Below, piece by piece: positions 1-8,058 of a DNA stretch of 45,644 nt (the stretch's first letter is position 1; every line of letters begins with the position of its first letter). Under the pieces are notes generated by a model that saw only the letters and a program-made list of their open reading frames with translations, was not told the origin of the DNA and did not search any database. This DNA is from a virus. The DNA is taken from the IMG/VR virus record IMGVR_UViG_3300045988_113672; one strand, written 5' to 3'. The translations under genes were made by a program, and so were the position numbers.

Positions 1-125
1 ACAGCGTCATAGTGAAAGCCTATGGCAGCGCCATGGTGGAAGCCTGGGAAAGCGCTACAGTGGTTTATCCCTATAAAAATAAGATCGTCTATCCCGCCGG
101 ATGGACGGCGGAAACGCACGATTAA
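1..125 (+). CDS. 3' end of the octapeptide-repeat protein gene (continuation of 45009..45644 across the circular junction)
   Basis: From nt 3 the frame reads SVIVKAYGSAMVEAWESATVVYPYKNKIVYPAGWTAETHD, with TAA at 123-125. Nt 1-32 are identical to 45613-45644. It is absent from the ORF track because it is open at the window edge. Confidence 0.7.
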   Translation, partial: SVIVKAYGSAMVEAWESATVVYPYKNKIVYPAGWTAETHD

Positions 126-157
126 AAATAATCACAGCCGGGAGAGACCGGCAGCAC

Positions 158-224
158 GGGACGGCTGAGTAGGGTGTGTGTTCAAGCGCTCACATTGTAG
201 GTGCAAATCCTGCCCGCCCCACCA
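158..224 (+). ncRNA. tRNA-like element (degenerate or pseudo-tRNA?)
   Basis: The 3' part looks like a T-arm (GTAGG/TGCAAAT/CCTGC), an acceptor strand CCGCCCC, then A and CCA. GGGACGG at 158-164 pairs with the acceptor strand with one mismatch. It is only 67 nt, I found no canonical D-arm or anticodon arm, and the T-loop has G at position 55. Confidence 0.25.
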
Positions 225-346
225 CCCGGCATGTTGGGTACTTGAATGCTGGGCAACTCCGCTATAAGCGGGTGCCGCATGGGGTTTTCACATCCCCCAT
301 GGGCGGCGGGCAGCGCTGGCCAGCGGCGTCAATGCCCGCCTAAAAT

Positions 347-422
347 GCCGGTGTAGTTCAATAGGCAGAACGGCGCACTTGTAACGCGCGCGTTGTCGGT
401 TCGATTCCGGCCCCCGGCTCCA
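347..422 (+). tRNA. tRNA-Thr (anticodon UGU), CCA encoded
   Basis: Hand-folded cloverleaf of 76 nt. Acceptor GCCGGTG/CCCCGGC has one mismatch. D-arm is GTTC-AATAGGCA-GAAC. Anticodon stem is GCGCA/CGCGC with loop CTTGTAA. Variable loop is GCGTT. T-arm is GTCGG-TTCGATT-CCGGC. Discriminator is T, followed by CCA. Confidence 0.85.
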
Positions 423-449
423 TCATTTTACGCGAAAGGATGATTTGCA

Positions 450-686
450 ATGACGTATCCCCCCATGACGCTGGACGAGCTGCGGGCATGGCCCAAGGCC
501 ACCGTATCCCCCACCCAGGCAAGCGGGCTGCTGAACTGCGACCCGTACAGCCTCAACGTTTCCGCCAAGGCTGGGCGGCTGGCCATCCGGCACATCTTTT
601 CTGGCCGCAACCTGCGCATCAGCAAGACGGACATGCTGGCCTTTTGCACCGGCAGCACGGAGGGAGCGTGGCGGGTATGCAAATGA
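450..686 (+). CDS. HTH DNA-binding protein (excisionase/MerR-like HTH type)
   Basis: ATG 450 follows GAAAGGA at 434-440. The stretch TVSPTQASGLLNCDPYSLNVSAKAGRL...GRNLRISKTDMLAF fits the small excisionase-family HTH pattern. Confidence 0.5.
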   Translation: MTYPPMTLDELRAWPKATVSPTQASGLLNCDPYSLNVSAKAGRLAIRHIFSGRNLRISKTDMLAFCTGSTEGAWRVCK

Positions 687-886
687 GCCAGGTGCCCTGC
701 AAGCGCGACTGCCCCAACCGGGCGATTGGCTGCCACGGCAGGTGCGAGGCTTACGGCAGCTTCCGGGCGGCGCAGGAAGAACGCTACCGCCAGAACGAGA
801 TCAACGCCAGCGCGAGCTATGTGTATGTTAACGTGCTGCAGGCCCAGCGCAAGAGGCTGACGGACAAAAAAAGCAAGGGCCGCTGA
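677..886 (+). CDS. small Cys-rich hypothetical protein
   Basis: This is the in-frame ATG inside track ORF 440..886, with GGAGGGA upstream. It carries a CKRDCPNRAIGCHGRCEAY cysteine/histidine cluster. Confidence 0.4.
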   Translation: MQMSQVPCKRDCPNRAIGCHGRCEAYGSFRAAQEERYRQNEINASASYVYVNVLQAQRKRLTDKKSKGR

Positions 887-929
887 CGGTTGCCCCCGCC
901 AACAGCCCCCATGAAAGGAAGATTTGCAA

Positions 930-1436
930 ATGCAGTATACCACAAAAAAGCCCGATGTGCAAGCCGTTAACGGCAAGGAAATGCGAGCGCTGGAATTCCT
1001 GGCGGCGTTTGACGTGCAGATGAAACTGGACGAAAAGGTGCTGGAGGAGAGGCTGCGCAGCATTCCCAACGGATGGCGGAACTTCCGGATGATTCGCACG
1101 CAGCACCATTTGCTCATGGACGCGCTGTACGACACCATGCCCGACACCAAGCGCTGGATGCTGTACCGGACGATCACCACCGGACAGCTCATCATGCGCC
1201 CCGTGCCCGCCAGCAAGGCGCACAGCGAGATGATCGTACAGGCCAGGGACGTACAGACGGTATGCGCCAAGGCCATTGACGCGGAATGCGCCATGTGCGT
1301 GAAAACGGGCGCGGAGATCAGGCACTGCAAGCTGCGCGAGGCCATGCAGCGGATGGCAACCCCCTATGAGATACCAAAGAGCGGCTGCGAGTATGCGCAC
1401 TACAGCCATACCTGGGAGGAGATGACGGACGATTGA
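930..1436 (+). CDS. hypothetical protein
   Basis: ATG 930 follows AAAGGAAG. The track start at 924 is a TTG. Codon usage is typical of the phage. Confidence 0.6.
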   Translation: MQYTTKKPDVQAVNGKEMRALEFLAAFDVQMKLDEKVLEERLRSIPNGWRNFRMIRTQHHLLMDALYDTMPDTKRWMLYRTITTGQLIMRPVPASKAHSEMIVQARDVQTVCAKAIDAECAMCVKTGAEIRHCKLREAMQRMATPYEIPKSGCEYAHYSHTWEEMTDD

Positions 1437-1720
1437 GCGAGCAACCGAAGCGCTGCTATTTCTGCGGCGCGGTGCTGGATGGCGGCCACACGCTGTTTTG
1501 CCCGGCGTGCTGGGAGCGCTACAGGCCGCTGGATAACCTGCCGCGCTGCCGCGTGTGCAGGCGCATCCTGATCGGCTTTGACGACGACATTTGCCCGCCC
1601 TGTAAAGCAAAGCAGGCCGAACTTGCAGAAATGCATGCAAAAACCGCAACTACACTTACGGAAAAGGAGGACAAGGCATGTACTGCGTGTACCGCATCAG
1701 CGGAGACAAAAAGCTGCTGA
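1433..1720 (+). CDS. zinc-ribbon hypothetical protein
   Basis: The TTG start overlaps the upstream TGA. Three CxxC pairs are present: CYFCG...CPAC...CRVC...CPPC. Confidence 0.5.
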   Translation: MSEQPKRCYFCGAVLDGGHTLFCPACWERYRPLDNLPRCRVCRRILIGFDDDICPPCKAKQAELAEMHAKTATTLTEKEDKACTACTASAETKSC

Positions 1721-1845
1721 TCGCCCGGACAAGAACCATGGAGCGCGCGGCGCTGCTGGCGCAGCGAGTGATGACAGCCCTGCGGCTGTGGCGCAATGAC
1801 ACGGACGGCGTGGTGATCGAAAGTGAGGATGCAGCCGATGACTGA
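1678..1845 (+). CDS. small hypothetical protein (55 aa, below the track cutoff)
   Basis: ATG 1678 is preceded by AAAAGGAGG. It reads MYCVYRISGDKKLLIARTRTMERAALLAQRVMTALRLWRNDTDGVVIESEDAADD and its stop overlaps the next start. Confidence 0.45.
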   Translation: MYCVYRISGDKKLLIARTRTMERAALLAQRVMTALRLWRNDTDGVVIESEDAADD

Positions 1846-2638
1846 GCAGGAATACAACAAAGCGCCCGGCATACGCAGATCGCTGCTGTGGGAGATCCGC
1901 AGGAGCCCGGCGCATCTGAAATGGCGCATGGAAAACCCGCCCGAGGCCACCCCGGCGCTGATATTCGGCCAGGCGCTGCATGCTGCCGTGCTGACCCCGG
2001 AGGACTACGGCAGGCAGTTTGCCGTGATGCCAGGCGCAGACCGGCGCACCAAGGCCGGGCGCGAGGCGTGGGAGGCTGCCGCCGCTGAGGCGCAGGGAAG
2101 GACGCAGATCGCCTTTGACTGGGCGGAGCAGATCGCGGGCATGGTGCAGGCGGTGCAGGGCAACCCGATGGCCGCAAGGCTGCTGGATGGCCCGCACGAA
2201 ACCAGCTACTTTTGGGCGGATACCCTGACGGGCGAAGCCTGCAAGTGCCGCACGGACGCGGAGACCGACATCGGCGATATGCACCTGATTGTGGACGTCA
2301 AGACCTGCCAGGACGCAAGCACGGACGCATTTATGCGGGACGCGCTGCACTATGGCTACGACGTGCAGGCGGCCATGTATACGGACGGGGTGCGGGCTGT
2401 GACGGACAGGGAATCCATGTTTGTGTTTATCGCCGTTGAAAAAAGCCCGCCATACGCCATCAACATTTTGCAGGCAGACCCCGGCTTTCTGGCCTACGGG
2501 CAGGACAGGTACCGCCACCTGCTGGGCGTTTACCACGATTGCAGGGTGCGCGACAGCTGGCCGGGCTATACAGGCCATGACAACGATATCAACGCGCTGG
2601 AGCTTCCGGCGTGGCTTAAAAAGGAGATAGAGGGATGA
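1838..2638 (+). CDS. RecE-like PD-(D/E)XK exonuclease
   Basis: The motifs D...IVDVKTC...YGYDVQAAMY match a PD-(D/E)XK core and sit directly upstream of recT. ATG 1838 follows GTGAGGA. Confidence 0.75.
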   Translation: MTEQEYNKAPGIRRSLLWEIRRSPAHLKWRMENPPEATPALIFGQALHAAVLTPEDYGRQFAVMPGADRRTKAGREAWEAAAAEAQGRTQIAFDWAEQIAGMVQAVQGNPMAARLLDGPHETSYFWADTLTGEACKCRTDAETDIGDMHLIVDVKTCQDASTDAFMRDALHYGYDVQAAMYTDGVRAVTDRESMFVFIAVEKSPPYAINILQADPGFLAYGQDRYRHLLGVYHDCRVRDSWPGYTGHDNDINALELPAWLKKEIEG

Positions 2639-3267
2639 GCGAGACAGCACTGACCCAGGCGATGGAGCAGCCGGCAGCCGTCGGCGTGAACGTCTGGACG
2701 GACAAGGAGCAGTTTAACCAGCTTCTGCGGGCGGCGGACATGCTGAGCAAGACCACCATGGTTCCGCAGAGTTATCAGGGCAAGCCGCAGGATTGCTTTC
2801 TGGCGCTGGAGATCGCCGGGCGCATGGGGCTTAGCCCGCTGGCCGTGATGCAGAACATGTACATGGTCAAGGGCAAGCCGTCCTGGGCGGGACAGGCGTG
2901 CATGATGCTGATCAGCAGCTGCGGCAAATTCCGCGATGTACGCCCCGTGTACACCGGCGCCAAGGGCAAGGACGATCGCGGCTGCTATATCCAGGCCGTG
3001 CGCATCAATGACGGCGAGGTTGTGCAGGGCACCGAGGTGACGCTCAGGATGGCCGCTGCCGAGGGCTGGACGAGCAATACCAAGTGGCGCAACATGCCCG
3101 AGCAGATGCTGGCCTACCGCGCCGCCAGCTTTTTTGCCCGCGTGCACTGCCCCGAGGCCCTGATGGGCGCGCAGACCGTGGAGGAGGTAGAGGACGTATC
3201 CAGCGCCAGGAGCACGGCGCAGCGAATCAAGGAGGCCATTAAGGCAGAAGGGACTGAGAAGAAATGA
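2635..3267 (+). CDS. recT: RecT-family single-strand annealing protein
   Basis: It contains ...PQDCFLALEIAGRMGLSPLAVMQNMYMVKGKPSWAG...WRNMPEQMLAYRAASFFAR, which are typical RecT blocks. The ATGA start overlaps the upstream stop. Confidence 0.85.
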   Translation: MSETALTQAMEQPAAVGVNVWTDKEQFNQLLRAADMLSKTTMVPQSYQGKPQDCFLALEIAGRMGLSPLAVMQNMYMVKGKPSWAGQACMMLISSCGKFRDVRPVYTGAKGKDDRGCYIQAVRINDGEVVQGTEVTLRMAAAEGWTSNTKWRNMPEQMLAYRAASFFARVHCPEALMGAQTVEEVEDVSSARSTAQRIKEAIKAEGTEKK

Positions 3268-3647
3268 TCAACAGCGTAGTGATTCAGGGGCGGCTTGCCC
3301 GCGACCCGGAGATCAAGACCACCCAGAGCGGCATTGCGGTTGCCAACTTTACCGTGTGCTGGTCGGACAAGTACAAGGAAACGGAAACCAAGCTGTTCCT
3401 GCCCTGCAAGGCGTGGCGCGGCACGGCGGAGTTTGTGGGCAAGTATTTCCATAAAGGGCAGGAGATCGCCGTTGACGGCCGCCTGATCGCCGAAGAATGG
3501 GAAAAGGACGGCGAAAAGAAGAGCCGCGTGGTGCTGGACGTGCGCAATGTGCATTTCTGCGGCAAGCGCGAGGACAGCCAGGGCGCTGCCGCGGAGCCTG
3601 CGGAGAGCCAGCCGGTGCAGGTGGAGGATGAAGGTCTCCCCTTCTAA
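3264..3647 (+). CDS. ssb: single-stranded DNA-binding protein
   Basis: The N-terminus is an OB-fold (MINSVVIQGRLARDPEIKTTQSGIAVANFTV). The acidic C-terminal tip is EDEGLPF. Confidence 0.9.
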   Translation: MINSVVIQGRLARDPEIKTTQSGIAVANFTVCWSDKYKETETKLFLPCKAWRGTAEFVGKYFHKGQEIAVDGRLIAEEWEKDGEKKSRVVLDVRNVHFCGKREDSQGAAAEPAESQPVQVEDEGLPF

Positions 3648-3678
3648 TCCTTAACCGAACAGAAAGAAGGTGAAGCCC

Positions 3679-4152
3679 ATGCTGCCGGGCACGACGATCA
3701 TCTACGACACCCGCGAGCACCCCAGCGCCATCGCCGGTACGCTGCGCACAATCGAGCGTGCAGGCATGATGACAACGCGCCGCAAGCTGGACGTTGGCGA
3801 CTGGATGCTGGACGGGCACCCCGAGACCGTGATCGATCGCAAGCGCAATCTCAACGAGCTGTGCACCAACCTGTGCAGCCCGGACAAGGGGCGGTTTTAC
3901 CGCGAGGTGCGTCGTGCCCATGCAGCGGGCATTCACCTGTTTATTCTGTGCGAGCACGGGGCCAAGATCACCTGCCTGGACGACGTAAAGGGATGGGTCA
4001 ATACGCGCGGAAAGGTGACGGGCAGGCAGCTCTATGACGCGATGCTGCGCTGCCATATGGCCTACGGGGTAGAGTTTCTGTTCTGTCCCAAATCCCGGAC
4101 AGGGCACAAGATCATGGAGATATTGGAGGATAACTGCCATGGACATCAATGA
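3679..4152 (+). CDS. ERCC4/Mus81-type nuclease (putative structure-specific endonuclease)
   Basis: IIYDTREH...KLDVGDWML...VIDRKRNLNELCTNL matches the ERCC4 GDx(n)ERK-type motif. ATG 3679 follows GAAGG; the track start is GTG 3670. Confidence 0.6.
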   Translation: MLPGTTIIYDTREHPSAIAGTLRTIERAGMMTTRRKLDVGDWMLDGHPETVIDRKRNLNELCTNLCSPDKGRFYREVRRAHAAGIHLFILCEHGAKITCLDDVKGWVNTRGKVTGRQLYDAMLRCHMAYGVEFLFCPKSRTGHKIMEILEDNCHGHQ

Positions 4153-4363
4153 GCGCAAGGCGCAGGTAAAGGCCATCTTCCGGGACGCCTACAACTGGTG
4201 GCTGGCCAACTGCAACCAGGACATGACGGAGCAGTTTTTTATCACCGCCGCCAGAGAGATGGTTAAATTGTCGGACGCGGGCGACCCGCTGAAGAACAGC
4301 CTCCTGCTGGCCGTATACGGCGAGTATGAGCGCATCGCCAGGGAGCAGCACCCCCATGATTGA
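4139..4363 (+). CDS. hypothetical protein
   Basis: ATG 4139 follows GGAGGA, and the gene is tightly packed with its neighbours. Confidence 0.55.
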   Translation: MDINERKAQVKAIFRDAYNWWLANCNQDMTEQFFITAAREMVKLSDAGDPLKNSLLLAVYGEYERIAREQHPHD

Positions 4364-4862
4364 CTACAGGCGCATCCGGGACGAGGTGCCCATGGCGCGG
4401 CTGTGCAGCCTGATCGGGATCCCCGTCCGGCACGGCTTTGCGGTGTGCCCGCTGCATCCCGACAGCAACGCCTCCATGCGCGTGTACCCGGGCGACAAGG
4501 GCTTTTACTGCTTCGGCTGCCATCAGGGCGGGGACGTGATCGACTTCCTGGCGCTGGTCACCAAGCAGAGCCGTTCGGACGCGGCGCGGCAGCTGGCGCA
4601 GACGTTTTGCGTGCCGGAGAGCAAGGCGGCAGCGAGCCGCAGGGAATCGATTTTAAGCAGGCAAAAGGCGCGCGAAAATCGCTTGCGCATGCGGGACATA
4701 GCAAATGCCTTGGCGGAGCTGTACCGCGCTCAGAACGCAAATATGAGCCGATACGCGCCATCCCTGCAAGACGCAGATAAACCATGGCCAGAGGCGTTTG
4801 AGATTGCGTGCAAGCTGCTGCCGGTGATCGACTGCGCGCTGACCATTGCGGACGAGAGGTGA
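4356..4862 (+). CDS. CHC2 zinc-finger protein (primase-type zinc finger; no Toprim seen)
   Basis: CPLHPDSNASMRVYPGDKGFYCFGCHQGGDVIDF is a classic zf-CHC2. ATG 4356 overlaps the upstream stop. Confidence 0.7.
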   Translation: MIDYRRIRDEVPMARLCSLIGIPVRHGFAVCPLHPDSNASMRVYPGDKGFYCFGCHQGGDVIDFLALVTKQSRSDAARQLAQTFCVPESKAAASRRESILSRQKARENRLRMRDIANALAELYRAQNANMSRYAPSLQDADKPWPEAFEIACKLLPVIDCALTIADER

Positions 4863-4869
4863 GAGAGAT

Positions 4870-7791
4870 TTGGACTTGAGCAAGCTGGGCACGCCGCAGG
4901 ACGTACCGCGGTTTCAGCGGGCGGACTTTGACGGCACAGCGCCCTACGACTACATATACAGATTCGCCGCCAACGCCTTCCAGATGATGCAGGTGTACAA
5001 CGTGGTGGCCGCGCAGGCAAAGGAATTAGGCGTAAAAAACTTTGCCAAGATGTTTGAATCCTATAAGCGCGTACAGCGCGGATCAGGCTACAACCTGGAC
5101 GTCGAGCAGGCGGCGACCAATTTCCCCGATCAGCCCATGGAGCTGCGCTGCGGGCGCTACACCTGCGACGCGGGCGGCGTAGCCTGCGAGGACAAGGGCG
5201 GCTATCACACGCTGGTGTGCAGCCATCCGCTGATGCCCGTTAAAAGGATGGAAAACATCGACACGGGCGAGCAGAAGGTGGAGATCGCGTTTTCGCGCGG
5301 CGGCGTGTGGCGCTACAACGTGGTGGACCGCACGGTGCTGTCCAGCGCCAACAAGATCGTAGACCTGAGCCGCTACGGCATGGATATTACCACCGAGAGC
5401 GCGCGGGATGTGGTCAAATACCTGGCTACGATCGACGCCCTTAATTACGACAAGATCGGCGAGGTGCGCTCCGTCGGCCGTCTGGGCTGGGTGGGGCACG
5501 AGCTGTTTTCCCCCTATGTGCCCGATCTGCGGTATGACGGCGATGCAGGCTATGCGGCGACGTACAAGGCGGTACACCCGCAGGGGACGCTTACGGGCTG
5601 GCTGGAGGCGGCGCGACATGGCCGCGAAAGCAGCGTGATCACCCGCGTGATGCTGGCCGCGGCGTTTGCAAGCGTGCTGGTGGAGCCGTGCGACGCGCTG
5701 CCCTTTGTGGTGCATGCGTGGGGAGGCACGGGAGCTGGAAAGGCGCAGCCGCTGGATACCCTGATCATTACCCCTGACGGCAGTAAACGAATGGGCGATA
5801 TGCGCGTTGGCGATCTGGTCATCGGCGGAGACGGAAAGCCGCACGCCGTGACAGGCGTATACCCGCAGGGTGTGAAGGATATCTTTGAGATTACCTTTGC
5901 GGACGGACGCAAGACGCGCTGCTGCAAAGAGCATTTGTGGAACGTAACGACCAGAACGCGCAGGAACTACGGTCGAGGATACAAGACCATGGAGCTGCAG
6001 GAAATGCTGACCAGAAAGCCCATCAAGACTGCAAAGGGCTATGAGTACCAGATTCCGCTTTGCAAGCCTGTCGAGTATTCTGACAGCGAAGCCCTGCCCA
6101 TTGACCCTTATCTGCTGGGCGCAATGATTGGCGACGGCTGCATGACCCTGAAGCAGAACAAGGCCAACTATTCGCGGAACCTGTATTTCAACAACTCGGA
6201 GGCTGATGTGATAGTCCGCGTATCTGCCAAACTGGAAAGACACGGCTCGAAGATGAAACGGAATCCGCATACAGCCAACCAGTTTATCCTTACAAACGCG
6301 AAATGGCTTAAGGACGCGATTGTAAATCTCGGGATGAATCAGAACAGCTACAACAAGTTTATTCCCGATATTTATATGAAAGCTGCTCCTGACGAACGCA
6401 GAATGCTTCTGTGCGGCCTGATCGATACGGACGGACACGTTGGAGAGAACGGTTCTGTGTCTTATTCTACATGCAGCGAACGCCTGGCTTACGATGTTCA
6501 GCGTCTTGCGTGGAGCCTTGGCTATAAGTCTACTGTTAGCATGTCGGTTCGCCGTGACAAGGATATGCCAGAATACACCGTTTGCATATCCGCCGATGAA
6601 GGCGTATTCCTATCCGAAAAGCATAGCTACAACAAGCTCCGCAGCGTCAATCGTAGGAATCGCGCTGAAGATAAAACAGCCATGTCTATCATCAGCGTAG
6701 AGCCATGCGGACAGGCAGAATGTCAGTGCATCATGGTTGATAGCGACGAGCACACCTATCTGTGCGACGATTTCATTGTGACGCACAACACCGTTGGCCT
6801 GATGCTGGCCGCTTCCGTGTGGGCTGACCCGACGGCGGGCGCGTATTACAGGACGTTTAACGCTACGGGCGTAGGCCAGGAGATGACGGCGGGATTCCTT
6901 AATTCGCTGCCGCTCTGCCTGGATGAATTACAGGTTATCAAGGACAAAAAGGACTTTGACCAGACCATCTACACCCTGTGCGAGGGCGTAGGCCGGTCAC
7001 GCGGCGCCAAGGCGGGCGGCCTGCAGCGCATGCAGACGTGGCGCAACGCCATCATCACCACGGGCGAGATGCCCATCACAAACGCGGACAGCGGCGGCGG
7101 CGCGGTGAATCGCGTGATCAACATGGACTGCCAGGATGAGAAGCTCTTTGCCGATCCGCGCTGGGCGGTATCCGTGATGCGCAGAAACTACGGCCACGCA
7201 GGACGGGCGTTTGTGGAGCACCTGACGGGCGGCGCGATGGACAGAGCGAAGGAGCTGCAAAAGGAGTACTACGCAAAGCTCACCGAGCAGGACAGCACCG
7301 AAAAGCAAGCCCTGAGCGCGTCCCTGCTATTGGCGGCGGATACCCTTGCGACGGAGCTGCTGTTTCAGGACGATCTGGCGCTGACGGTGGACGATCTGGC
7401 GCCCATGCTTGTCACCCGCGCGGAGGCCGACGTCAACGCCCGCTGCTACGAGTGGCTGACAGGCTTTATCGCGGTCAACAGCAACCGCTTTGACGAGAGC
7501 GCCGACAACAAGGGCGAGGTGTGGGGCAAGCTGGAAAACGACACGTGCTACTTTGTGGCAACCAAATTTGAACAGATCATGCGCGAGTACGGCTATTCCA
7601 GCAGCAGCTTCCTGAGCTGGTGCAGCCGCGTTGGCAAGATCAGGAGGCAGGACAACAAGCACTTTAAGAGCCTGCTGCGCATCCGCAAAACGCCGACCAG
7701 AGTGCTGCAGCTGCTGTTACCACCTGAGGGCTTTGTCGAGGTAGACGACGAGGACGAAATGCCATGGGAGCAAACAAAGGTAACGATGTAG
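4870..7791 (+). CDS. DUF927-like P-loop replicative helicase/NTPase, interrupted by an intein
   Basis: Walker A GGTGAGK|...|TVGL is split by the intein, and Walker B is LCLDELQ. The start is uncertain (TTG 4846, 4870 or 4876); 4870 has GAGGTGA upstream. Confidence 0.8.
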   Translation: MDLSKLGTPQDVPRFQRADFDGTAPYDYIYRFAANAFQMMQVYNVVAAQAKELGVKNFAKMFESYKRVQRGSGYNLDVEQAATNFPDQPMELRCGRYTCDAGGVACEDKGGYHTLVCSHPLMPVKRMENIDTGEQKVEIAFSRGGVWRYNVVDRTVLSSANKIVDLSRYGMDITTESARDVVKYLATIDALNYDKIGEVRSVGRLGWVGHELFSPYVPDLRYDGDAGYAATYKAVHPQGTLTGWLEAARHGRESSVITRVMLAAAFASVLVEPCDALPFVVHAWGGTGAGKAQPLDTLIITPDGSKRMGDMRVGDLVIGGDGKPHAVTGVYPQGVKDIFEITFADGRKTRCCKEHLWNVTTRTRRNYGRGYKTMELQEMLTRKPIKTAKGYEYQIPLCKPVEYSDSEALPIDPYLLGAMIGDGCMTLKQNKANYSRNLYFNNSEADVIVRVSAKLERHGSKMKRNPHTANQFILTNAKWLKDAIVNLGMNQNSYNKFIPDIYMKAAPDERRMLLCGLIDTDGHVGENGSVSYSTCSERLAYDVQRLAWSLGYKSTVSMSVRRDKDMPEYTVCISADEGVFLSEKHSYNKLRSVNRRNRAEDKTAMSIISVEPCGQAECQCIMVDSDEHTYLCDDFIVTHNTVGLMLAASVWADPTAGAYYRTFNATGVGQEMTAGFLNSLPLCLDELQVIKDKKDFDQTIYTLCEGVGRSRGAKAGGLQRMQTWRNAIITTGEMPITNADSGGGAVNRVINMDCQDEKLFADPRWAVSVMRRNYGHAGRAFVEHLTGGAMDRAKELQKEYYAKLTEQDSTEKQALSASLLLAADTLATELLFQDDLALTVDDLAPMLVTRAEADVNARCYEWLTGFIAVNSNRFDESADNKGEVWGKLENDTCYFVATKFEQIMREYGYSSSSFLSWCSRVGKIRRQDNKHFKSLLRIRKTPTRVLQLLLPPEGFVEVDDEDEMPWEQTKVTM
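5743..6789 (+). mobile_element. Intein (349 aa) with LAGLIDADG homing endonuclease, inserted in the Walker A P-loop
   Basis: The N-terminus is AQPLDTLIITPDG. Block B is CKEHLW. The LAGLIDADG motifs are LLGAMIGDGCM and LLCGLIDTDGHV. The C-terminus is CQCIMVDSDEHTYLCDDFIVTHN|T. Removing the element restores GTGAGKT. Confidence 0.85.
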
Positions 7792-7819
7792 CATGCAAGT
7801 TTCTCAAAATGGCAGAGCC

Positions 7820-8033
7820 GTAACCACTGTAACCACCGTAACCAATTCAAATCAAATATTATATTTTCTCGCTCTCTCTGTTTTTTGTCAAGAAGAAAAT
7901 GCGCCCTCGCGCACGGAAACAAAAATTTATGTCGTTACGGTCGTTACGGTCGTTACACGGGGAGAAAAAGCGAGGAATATCAACGGGTTTTGCCGCTACG
8001 ACATGTGGTTACGCAGTCGTTACAGGTGGTTAC
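7820..8033. repeat. Iteron array, putative phage replication origin
   Basis: GTAACC occurs three times at 9-bp period (7820-7843), followed by an AT-rich stretch (7844-7900). CGTTAC occurs three times at 9-bp period (7933-7956), then GGTTAC/CGTTAC/GGTTAC (8007-8033). The array lies directly after the helicase gene. Confidence 0.6.
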
Positions 8034-8058
8034 GCCCAAACAGGAAGGAAGATACGCA

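Noticed and set aside
7820-8033. Possibility that the short direct repeats here, at 39718-39945 or at 45429-45644 are CRISPR arrays.
   Set aside because: The repeat units are 6-10 bp with 3-5 bp spacers, or are in-frame coding repeats. There are no 25-40 bp repeat/spacer units and no cas genes.
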